Assembly (NCBI GenBank): GCA_029858305.1
Contig: JAOUFI010000039.1
Location: 1-19,283, forward strand
Origin: Candidatus Thorarchaeota archaeon
GTDB lineage: Archaea > Asgardarchaeota > Thorarchaeia > Thorarchaeales > Thorarchaeaceae
Direction of reading: 5' to 3'
DNA length: 19,283 nucleotides
Below the pieces are notes generated by a model. It did not search any database, had not been told where the DNA came from, and worked only from the letters and a program-made list of their open reading frames with translations. Position numbers and translations under genes: made by a program. Shown piece after piece: positions 1 to 7,665 of the stretch. Each line of letters begins with the position of its first letter. The stretch's first letter is position 1.

Positions 1-479
1 CTCTTGATGCGCCCTCGTTTATCCTTCAACATCTCAGAAAACTTCTCCACTGTGAAAGTATCATCAAGAGGTTCTGGCCCAAGTTTTGACAACTGCTTAT
101 GTTTTGCAAGGTCATTCGATTTTATGAGATGCACGTGCCCAAACCACCAATGATGTATCCATACTTGTTCCCCAGTATCAAGAGTAAGCACAACACGTTC
201 ACGTTCGGGATTTGGTTGTTCATCATGATTGTGTAGGCGAATCTCACCACCCATTCCGAGATTAAATGCAAGAAACTGATCACAGTCAAGACAAACGAGA
301 ATCCACTTGCCACGTTGCTGGGCATCTTCAATACGACAATCTTTGATAGAATCTTTGAACTTCTTCACTGTTGTATTTAGACACTTGGGTTGATTCGCAT
401 GGGCGTTTGTAATTACTTTGCCCTTCAGAGCTTCTTTCATGCTCTTTGCAAGTACATAGATATCTGGTAGTTCTGGCAT
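1..479 (-). CDS. fpg: Fpg/Nei (MutM-like) H2TH-family DNA glycosylase, N-terminal part; runs off the window start
   Basis: Not in the ORF track. Manual translation from ATG at 479 gives MPELPDIYVLAKSMKEALKGKVIT...QQRGKWILV...FNLGMGGEIRL...WWFGHVHL...LSKLGPEPLDDTF...RGRIK, open to the window edge. The N-terminal PELP catalytic motif, RGK, LGMxG and LGPEPL are Fpg/Nei hallmarks. SD GGTGAT at 486-491 (minus). Confidence 0.9.
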   Translation of the reverse strand, partial: MPELPDIYVLAKSMKEALKGKVITNAHANQPKCLNTTVKKFKDSIKDCRIEDAQQRGKWILVCLDCDQFLAFNLGMGGEIRLHNHDEQPNPERERVVLTLDTGEQVWIHHWWFGHVHLIKSNDLAKHKQLSKLGPEPLDDTFTVEKFSEMLKDKRGRIK

Positions 480-510
480 TCTCTAATCACCATAGACATC
501 TGATTCAACA

Positions 511-577
511 GCGTATCACAATTTGAAGTTTCAGAACTATGTCATACATAGATTGTATACTGAAACTTGATACCCGC
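511..577. repeat. Long imperfect inverted repeat (hairpin) between the acyl-CoA dehydrogenase gene and fpg
   Basis: Nested arms: GTATCA 513-518 / TGATAC 568-573; AAGTTTCAG 526-534 / CTGAAACTT 560-568; CTATGT 537-542 / ACATAG 546-551 around a CAT loop. Function unknown. Confidence 0.6.
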
Positions 578-675
578 AGCCCATCAATGATAGGCATTAG
601 AACCAATTCACTGTTGTTTGAGAGCCCAGCAAATGTTGTTGATCCATCATCAAACCATATTCTGCTTAAACTCAA

Positions 676-1875
676 TCAGAAATCAGGTGGCTCGTTGTTA
701 TACCATTTTGGCATCTTGCTCATCGCAGGTTCGTATCCCGAGAGCACATACCGTGCAAGTATCAGTCGCTGAACTTCACTTGTTCCTTCATAGATTTGGT
801 ACAGCTTAGCATCTCTGAACAACTTCTCAACAGGGTATTGGTCGATGTATCCATATCCACCGTGGATTTGAACGGCTTCACTCGCAACCTCCATAGCTAC
901 ATCAGTAGCGAAGGCCTTAGCAGCACTTGCGGGGATTGTGGAATCTCCTACAAAGTCAGCTGTCCACGCAGCCTTTAGATACATCAATCGGGCAGCCTCT
1001 ATTTTCACATACATATCTGCTAGTTTGAACTGAATGACCTCGAAATTGTTGAGTTTTTCACCAAAAACCTCTCGTTTAGTTGTATAATCACGGGCAAATT
1101 CCATAGCAGCTCTGGCAAGACCTGTAGCAAATGCAGCAATCGCGGGACGTGTCATTGCAAATGTCTTCATTGCTATCTTGAAACCTTCTCCTTCAGAGCC
1201 CAACATGTTTTCGATAGGGACTTTGGCATCTCTGAACATCACTGCAGATGTTGTGGAAGCCTTATGGCCCATCTTCTCAACTGGTCGACCAGTCTTCACC
1301 CCAGGAGTGTCAGCGTCAACAATGAAAGCGCAGAGTGCTTTGTGCCTCTTGCTTGGATCAAGACTTGCAAAAACAGTGAATGTATTTGCATGTGGAGCGT
1401 TGGTAATCCAGAATTTGGAACCATTCAAGACATAATGGTCGCTCTCTCGTTTGGCTCGGGTCTGTATACCAGCAACATCAGACCCCATGCCTGGCTCTGA
1501 ACAGGCGAAGCTGATGAACTTCAAATCTTCTGTAAGTGGTCGAAGGTACTTCTCTTTTTGTTCAGGAGTTCCAGCCACCAGAATTGGTTCAGCACCTAGA
1601 GAGTTTACATAGATGCTCGTCGTCATTCCTGCGCAACCGGCGGCCATTTCTTCCACCGTGATACATTGTTCAATGGACCCTAGGCCCAGTCCTCCATATT
1701 CCTTCGGAATTGAGAGGTTCATAAGTCCTTCTTCCCAACACTTTTTAATTATTGAACGTGGGAATTCCCCAGTCTTATCATAGTAGTGAGCGTAAGGAAT
1801 CATATACTCCTGTGCAAATGCTCGCGCCTTGTTCCTAAGTTCCTGCTGTTCCTTGGATAGATTGAAATCAATCAT
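676..1875 (-). CDS. Acyl-CoA dehydrogenase (short/medium-chain-like)
   Basis: 399 aa with IPKEYGGLG, CSEPGMGSD, LNGSKFWITN, REVFG, VQIHGGYGY and RDAKLYQIYEGTSEVQR (catalytic Glu in IYEGT). SD-like GAGGGAG just upstream. Confidence 0.96.
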   Translation of the reverse strand: MIDFNLSKEQQELRNKARAFAQEYMIPYAHYYDKTGEFPRSIIKKCWEEGLMNLSIPKEYGGLGLGSIEQCITVEEMAAGCAGMTTSIYVNSLGAEPILVAGTPEQKEKYLRPLTEDLKFISFACSEPGMGSDVAGIQTRAKRESDHYVLNGSKFWITNAPHANTFTVFASLDPSKRHKALCAFIVDADTPGVKTGRPVEKMGHKASTTSAVMFRDAKVPIENMLGSEGEGFKIAMKTFAMTRPAIAAFATGLARAAMEFARDYTTKREVFGEKLNNFEVIQFKLADMYVKIEAARLMYLKAAWTADFVGDSTIPASAAKAFATDVAMEVASEAVQIHGGYGYIDQYPVEKLFRDAKLYQIYEGTSEVQRLILARYVLSGYEPAMSKMPKWYNNEPPDF

Positions 1876-1920
1876 TATGCTCCCTCAAAGAATAATGTGT
1901 CCTCTAAACCTTCGCCAAGT

Positions 1921-1928
1921 TGTATAAG
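1921..1928 (-). promoter_or_regulatory. Putative TATA box for the acyl-CoA dehydrogenase gene
   Basis: Minus-strand CTTATACA about 50 bp upstream of the ATG, in a 92-bp intergenic gap. Confidence 0.35.
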
Positions 1929-1967
1929 TCAGTTACTAAAGGGCATCCTAGATTTCAATTTGTGAAG

Positions 1968-4232
1968 TCATGAGGTTGAGGTGATATGTTTCACAACTTC
2001 TGGCAGGCTCCATTTCAACTCCAACTCCAGAGCGCCGCCTTCAGGACCAGGACATCGTCTTACACAAATGCGGCAAGCCACACATAGCCAGAGATCTACC
2101 TCCACGGTACCAAAACCTGGAGATTCTTTTTCAAGGATGATCTCATTTGATGGTTTTTGCGTAGCAAGGTTCTGAACAGTCTTATAGAAAAGCAATCGGT
2201 TGGAGGGTAGTTGAGAGAGAGCCTTGTCAGAGATTTCGAAGAGTTTAGGTATCTCGATTCGTCGTTTTAGTTCTATTGCGTGTTCAGGACAAGCAATCTC
2301 ACATGACTTGCAACCCAGACACCTCGATTGTTCCCACTCTATTGTCCCGAATCCAAGAAGAGGAGCATATCCCATTTGACTTCTATATTCATCAAGAACA
2401 GATGGCACATCGATATCCAATAAATCTTCAATAGTCACCTTTGGTCTAGTACTTGGAATCTTTGCACGGGTTCGATAAGTGAGTAAGACGGCGGAGCGTA
2501 TCTTATCCTCCACATCGCTTAGGGTGGATTCGTCAATTACCGCACCCTGTACACGAACTGATGTGAGCTTGTCACGTGCTTTTGAAAAGACTTCTAGCGC
2601 GTTGGCTAATTTGCCAATGTCCGAAGCTTTCAAATCACTCAATATCCTCTGAAGTTCCCCCTTAGCCTCGGATAGCTGCAAGGCCAGACCACTTGTAGTC
2701 TGCATTGTGATTTCAGACTCTGAGAGGGTCCTTGGTACATCATAGAGAAGATACCCATGACTCTCACCGGCAATCGTGAGAAGTTCATCACGCTTCATTC
2801 TGAGTAGATGGCGGAGTATTCTATCTGAAGGGATGTTTGTCCTCTCTGCAAGATCGTGTACTGTTAGAGCACCTAATTCTCGAATGAGAATCAGAATTGT
2901 ACCTCTCTCAAGCTCGTTATCAAGATAGGTATCCATCATGGTCTTGTAGACTTCAGGGTCAAGCTTTTCACCATAGACATTAGTACCTGACACAAGGGTG
3001 GGACCCTTTTCTAGAGTGATTTTAAGACGAAATCGGGCAAAGGCTTCAAGTCCTGCAGATATTAGCAGCTTGAGATTATCAGCATCTTCAGAAGTCTGGG
3101 CAGTTAGCAAAGCCTCTGTGACACTGTCAACGGTTTCTCGAAGCTTGTTAATGCTATCAGATAAAAGAGCTTCATTGTAAGCCCCAAGTATCTTTAGACG
3201 TTCAAGTATTGCTTGTAGTCTGCCGAGAGCTTCGTTCATAGTGTCAGCAGTTTCACCTTCTACTGATTTTACCATCCCCCGGACTTGTTGAACAATCCTT
3301 TTCATAAGTAGTGTTGAGTTTTGTGTTTCTGTGAGCACTCTAGAGAAAACAGGAGCGTCACCATCAAGACCAACCATCTCAACTTCCCCTCTCTGAATCA
3401 TGGTCACTAGAGCGTCCTGAATAATTTGAGATGGCGTTTGCATGAGTTCTCCAATTTGCACAACGGTCTTAGATCCCATTTTCGAAAGAATGAACAGAAT
3501 TACTCCACGATTGATTTCAGTAAGTAGATTCTCTTTGACGAGCTTGTTGAACCGCGCATCATCAATTCGACCTTCTCTCTTGCCTCGTTTTACCTGTGCA
3601 ATTGATCTTAATCCGGGACCATAGCGAGTCTGGGATCCTAGTTTTTGAAGGTCGTCTAGAGCCGAGTCAGGATCTTTTTCGACTTTTCCTTTGGTTTCTT
3701 CAAGGGATTCAGCGAGCGTGACCAATTCAGACCTTGCAGATTCCGCTTCGGTTTCAGCAGCCTTCTCAAATTCATCTGTGATTGACTCGATTTCAGAGAT
3801 TAAATCAGATATGGTTGACATGGTTGATGTCATATCGATGTCTACGCTGACATCTTTGTGTTCCTCTATCTCAGTCATTCTACTGAGGGTGTCTGTAAGT
3901 ATTTTGTTCAGTGCTTTCAATGATACAGATTCAACTATTGACAAAGCCTGTTCAAGACTAGAGATTGATTCTTTGAGAATGCCTCTGTCGTTTATCTCTG
4001 CAGTTATATTACTCTTCTTTACAGCTTCTAGAAATTTCTCGAAATAGGAATCAGGAAAAGCGAGGATTGCATCAGTTAGGGGAGCAAGTTCTTTCTTTAG
4101 ATTTTCAAGCTCATCCTTGACTCTGCTGATGGGAATAGTAGACTCTTCTTTGAGCCCGCTCAGTGTTAGTATCATATCCAACATTCGTTGTCTCTTAGGT
4201 GCAATTACCTTCTCAGGAGTTGCTTGGCTCAC
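1968..4232 (-). CDS. Large uncharacterised Fe-S protein: helical/coiled-coil region, two winged-HTH-like repeats and a C-terminal 2[4Fe-4S] ferredoxin
   Basis: Track ORF 1968..4250. The likelier start is GTG at 4232, which forms a GTGA overlap with the upstream stop and has SD GGAGGTGA. Repeats EINRGVILFILSKMGSKTVVQIGELMQTPSQIIQDALVTMIQRGEV and ELERGTILILIRELGALTVHDLAERTNIPSDRILRHLLRMKRDELL. Fe-S motifs CLGCKSCEIACP and CVACRICVRRCP. Confidence 0.85.
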   Translation of the reverse strand: MSQATPEKVIAPKRQRMLDMILTLSGLKEESTIPISRVKDELENLKKELAPLTDAILAFPDSYFEKFLEAVKKSNITAEINDRGILKESISSLEQALSIVESVSLKALNKILTDTLSRMTEIEEHKDVSVDIDMTSTMSTISDLISEIESITDEFEKAAETEAESARSELVTLAESLEETKGKVEKDPDSALDDLQKLGSQTRYGPGLRSIAQVKRGKREGRIDDARFNKLVKENLLTEINRGVILFILSKMGSKTVVQIGELMQTPSQIIQDALVTMIQRGEVEMVGLDGDAPVFSRVLTETQNSTLLMKRIVQQVRGMVKSVEGETADTMNEALGRLQAILERLKILGAYNEALLSDSINKLRETVDSVTEALLTAQTSEDADNLKLLISAGLEAFARFRLKITLEKGPTLVSGTNVYGEKLDPEVYKTMMDTYLDNELERGTILILIRELGALTVHDLAERTNIPSDRILRHLLRMKRDELLTIAGESHGYLLYDVPRTLSESEITMQTTSGLALQLSEAKGELQRILSDLKASDIGKLANALEVFSKARDKLTSVRVQGAVIDESTLSDVEDKIRSAVLLTYRTRAKIPSTRPKVTIEDLLDIDVPSVLDEYRSQMGYAPLLGFGTIEWEQSRCLGCKSCEIACPEHAIELKRRIEIPKLFEISDKALSQLPSNRLLFYKTVQNLATQKPSNEIILEKESPGFGTVEVDLWLCVACRICVRRCPGPEGGALELELKWSLPEVVKHITSTS

Positions 4233-6394
4233 TCGCTCACCTCCCTCCACTTGCCAGCAGTCCCATCATGGACAGGAGTCGGGCCTAAATCTTTGGCGCG
4301 TGTTACCATTTCATTAACAGCCTTAGTAAAGCGTTCAGGTTCAGCGCTGAACATTCTAAACATGCCTACACGGTTTCCTTTCCATCCAATCGCATTCAAA
4401 ATATCTCGAGCAACATCTACTTGCACTTGAGCAATCTCGTTACCATTCCCTCCGATATGACAACGGTCCTTCTCACAAGCCGCAATCATCACTGTGCTAG
4501 CACCATGTTCGAAGGCTTTGAGAATGTCTATGATACTTACACGACCTGCACAGGGAACTGGAATTAGACGTGTGTTTGCTGGGTATTCCATTCTCCTAGT
4601 TCCAACAATATCTATTGTTGATACTGAACACTCCTCGCAATAGAAACAGAGTGTAATTGGATTCTCTGGGCCAGCATCCTCAAGTACCGCAGCTATCTCA
4701 GACCATAGTTGATCATTTGAGAGAAAATTAAGTTGAGTGGCACCAGAAGGACATAGACTTTGACACACACCACATGCATGGCAATTCAAGGTATCAATTG
4801 CTGCCTTGAAGAGAATCTTCTGTTCCTCATCAGCTTCTTCAGCTTCTGTCTGTTCAATCATGAGAGGAACCCCACGTGGGCACTGCTGAGCACAAAGACT
4901 ACATCCAACACAATCATCGACATTTAGAACTGCTCCACGCGCAATTGCCTGAATAGTTCCACCCTGAAGCTCATTATGAATCATGAGAGTGCCAGCCTGG
5001 GCGTCTGTGATAGCTTCAAACACAAACTGTGGACGCGTGATCCCTCCAACTGCAACAACCCCACGCCGACGTGTTTCATTACGACGAAGTTTCCCATAAA
5101 GCTCCTTTACATATCCATCATCTTCAACTGCATAACCTAGAGTTTCAGAGAGTTCCAATATTCCATCTGCAGGAAGAATAGCAGAAGAAAGTACCAGCAA
5201 ATCAACTGGAATTTCCAGATACTTGTCAAGCAGAGAGTCATAGACGCGTACGTATGTTTTACCCTCATGCTCCCAAGTCATGCTGACCCGGCCACGAATA
5301 TAGTCTACTCCTTTCTCACGGGACTCCTTGTATATCATCTCATTCTCAAAGGGGACCCTGATGTCCATGTAGACTATTCGAACAGTAGCATCTGGTATTC
5401 TTTCTAGAAGCTCCAATGAATTGTCAATTGCAAAGGTACAGCATAATTTGCTGCAATCCTTCTTGTAATCCTCGGATCTGCTACCAACACACTGTACCAT
5501 CACAATTTCTTTGATTGGTGCACCATCAGAAGGACGAGCTAGCTTACCCTCAGATAGCATACACGAGAGTTCGAATTGTGTGATTACATCAGGATTCTTT
5601 CCATAGTGGTACTCATCCATTAATATGGGTTTGAACTCCTTGAATCCAGTTGCTAGGACAATGGCGGAAGTGTTCAATGTCTTTTCTTCGTCATCATCTG
5701 ACAAATAGTGTATGGAAAAGTTACCTTGTTCTCCTGAAACAAATTTGACGCGAACCTTGGTCTTTATTGTAATGGCTTTATTATTCCTGATTGCTTCCAA
5801 TCGGTCGTTTAATATCTCTTTGCCGGATTTTCCTGTCGGAGCAACTACAGGAAGACTTCTAACATGTCCGCCAAGTTCCTCCGTGATTTCTAGAAGAGAG
5901 ACCTTGTAGCCGAAATTCGAGAGGTTAAGCGCAGATTCGATACCAGCAATACCTCCACCAATGACTGTGACATGAGCAGGGATACTTTTCTGTTCTAAAG
6001 ACCGTTTTACTGCTTTCGCGGATCTTGCAAGTGTACCTCGAATCATATCTGCGGACTTTTTACTTGCTTGATCAATATCCTCGTGTACCCAAGCCGAGTG
6101 TTCTCGAATGTTCACATATTGAATCTGGGTGCTATCAGTATCATGTGATTTCAGATATTGATCGATTCGTGGTTGGATTTTTTGACTTGAGCAGGCAGCA
6201 ATCACAAGATGACCATCATTTGCCTTGAGAAGCTCTGCGATTTTAGCAAGACCTTCTTCCTGACAGACAAAATCATGAACCGCCACCGAAGATGCTAGAT
6301 TCATTTTACTGACTTGAGTTTCTAGGAAGTCATATTTCAACTGAAGTTGTTTGCCGCAAGTGCAGATGAGTGCTGCTGATTTATTATCATCCAT
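4229..6394 (-). CDS. hdrA: Heterodisulfide reductase subunit A-like flavoprotein fused to a C-terminal MvhD/FlpD [2Fe-2S] domain (QmoB-like architecture)
   Basis: N-terminal CTCG...C...AACS...NIREH; FAD motif VIGGGIAG; ATG; QCVGSR...CSKLCC; ferredoxin motifs CVGCSLCAQQCP and CHACGVCQSLCP; MvhD motifs FYCEECS, VPCAGRV, AACEKDRCH and final LGPTP. Confidence 0.92.
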   Translation of the reverse strand: MDDNKSAALICTCGKQLQLKYDFLETQVSKMNLASSVAVHDFVCQEEGLAKIAELLKANDGHLVIAACSSQKIQPRIDQYLKSHDTDSTQIQYVNIREHSAWVHEDIDQASKKSADMIRGTLARSAKAVKRSLEQKSIPAHVTVIGGGIAGIESALNLSNFGYKVSLLEITEELGGHVRSLPVVAPTGKSGKEILNDRLEAIRNNKAITIKTKVRVKFVSGEQGNFSIHYLSDDDEEKTLNTSAIVLATGFKEFKPILMDEYHYGKNPDVITQFELSCMLSEGKLARPSDGAPIKEIVMVQCVGSRSEDYKKDCSKLCCTFAIDNSLELLERIPDATVRIVYMDIRVPFENEMIYKESREKGVDYIRGRVSMTWEHEGKTYVRVYDSLLDKYLEIPVDLLVLSSAILPADGILELSETLGYAVEDDGYVKELYGKLRRNETRRRGVVAVGGITRPQFVFEAITDAQAGTLMIHNELQGGTIQAIARGAVLNVDDCVGCSLCAQQCPRGVPLMIEQTEAEEADEEQKILFKAAIDTLNCHACGVCQSLCPSGATQLNFLSNDQLWSEIAAVLEDAGPENPITLCFYCEECSVSTIDIVGTRRMEYPANTRLIPVPCAGRVSIIDILKAFEHGASTVMIAACEKDRCHIGGNGNEIAQVQVDVARDILNAIGWKGNRVGMFRMFSAEPERFTKAVNEMVTRAKDLGPTPVHDGTAGKWREVSE

Positions 6395-6403
6395 CTATCA
6401 GTT

Positions 6404-7660
6404 TCACTTCCTACTCTGGATTATTTTGGATACTGCAGCTCGGGCTTGGGTCACACTCTCTGGAACTTCTGCAGGACCTAATGCTGTACCACAAGCATAG
6501 ATGTGGTCACCCACTACAACTTCGTTTTCTGATATTGGATCTGCGATTCCAATAAATCCGCTTGCTGATTTTAACCCAAGACTTTCGATGAGTTTGGCTG
6601 TACCTTCTGGCGGTTCTAGAGCTGATGAGAGAACGAAAAGGTCCACTGAAAACTTCAGATATTTATTCAAGAGCGAATCATACACGACTATATCTAGAGA
6701 GCCATCTTCACCCGGTTGAATAAGGGATACCCGTCCTCGAATAAATTCAACACCGGACTCTCGAGCTGTACGATAATATCGTTCGTATCTGTCATAGGTA
6801 CGAATATCCATATACACAACGCTGACTTGAACTCCATCTCGTTCTTGTGTGAGAATATTGGCGTGTTTGAGAGCAAAAACACAACATATCTTTGAACAGT
6901 AGGGATAATAGTTCTCATCCCTGCTTCCAACACACTGAACCATCATGACTCTTTTCACAGGTTTTCCATCAGATGGTCTCACAGGCACTCCGCCGGACTC
7001 TCCATTTGGATCGATTATCTTGGCAAGTTCTAGTTGTGTGATAATGTTAGGATGTTTTCCGTAGCCATACTCAGTCATGTTAACTGGTTTCATTTCATGA
7101 TAACCAGTAGCAATAATGATGTCTGATACTTTGACTGTTTCTTCAGTGGGCTGTGCATTCAAGCGGATAGCCTTGGTAGGGCACTCCTCCTCAGCCTGTT
7201 TTGCACCATCGTCATTTATTGAGGGAGTATAAACAACTGCTTGAGGTTGGCACTGTGGAGATAATAGGTGGAATGCCTTTGACTTTTCTATGCAAAGACC
7301 GCACATCGTACATTTCTTTGGAATAATATACTGTGGACCTACCTTCAGTGTTACTGTGAATTGGCCCGGCTTGCCAGAAATGGTATTCACTTCACTATTC
7401 ATTTTCAGTGATATATTGGGCTGATCAATAAGCGCACTCCTATAGAAGCACTTTCGAATTCCGGGACGCCATCGGTTTCCTTCAAAACAGTAAAAACAAT
7501 CATCGGTTGGAAATGCCTTGTAGAGGTCAAGTGCATTACCACCCACAGTTTCTTGTCTTTCAACAAGGATAGCCTTAATTCCTGAATCTGCTAGCTCTAC
7601 TGCTGCAGTCATGCCTGCAACGCCAGCCCCGATGATGAGAACCGGATTAGACGTACTCAT
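6404..7660 (-). CDS. hdrA: Short HdrA-like FAD/Fe-S protein (QmoA-like architecture)
   Basis: IIGAGVAG FAD motif at the N-terminus, FPTDDCFYC, inserted CTMCGLC...CP, IATGY, RPSDGK, QCVGSR...CSKICC, YMDIRT, FIRGR. ATG at 7660 has SD GGTGAGG; GTG at 7669 is the alternative start. Confidence 0.9.
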   Translation of the reverse strand: MSTSNPVLIIGAGVAGMTAAVELADSGIKAILVERQETVGGNALDLYKAFPTDDCFYCFEGNRWRPGIRKCFYRSALIDQPNISLKMNSEVNTISGKPGQFTVTLKVGPQYIIPKKCTMCGLCIEKSKAFHLLSPQCQPQAVVYTPSINDDGAKQAEEECPTKAIRLNAQPTEETVKVSDIIIATGYHEMKPVNMTEYGYGKHPNIITQLELAKIIDPNGESGGVPVRPSDGKPVKRVMMVQCVGSRDENYYPYCSKICCVFALKHANILTQERDGVQVSVVYMDIRTYDRYERYYRTARESGVEFIRGRVSLIQPGEDGSLDIVVYDSLLNKYLKFSVDLFVLSSALEPPEGTAKLIESLGLKSASGFIGIADPISENEVVVGDHIYACGTALGPAEVPESVTQARAAVSKIIQSRK

Positions 7661-7665
7661 CCGCC

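Noticed and set aside
122-978. Short track ORFs 122..331, 539..772, 618..809 and 796..978
   Set aside because: They are alternative-frame or antisense shadows of fpg and the acyl-CoA dehydrogenase gene, with no motifs.
3650-4232. N-terminal helical region of the 754-aa protein as an SMC, chemoreceptor or ESCRT-like protein
   Set aside because: No Walker motifs or chemoreceptor hairpin signature; only generic heptad character is visible.
6395-6410. The two hdrA ORFs as one frameshifted pseudogene
   Set aside because: Each has its own complete FAD-binding and QCVGSR/CSxxCC set, and the second begins with a normal HdrA N-terminal domain after a 9-bp gap.
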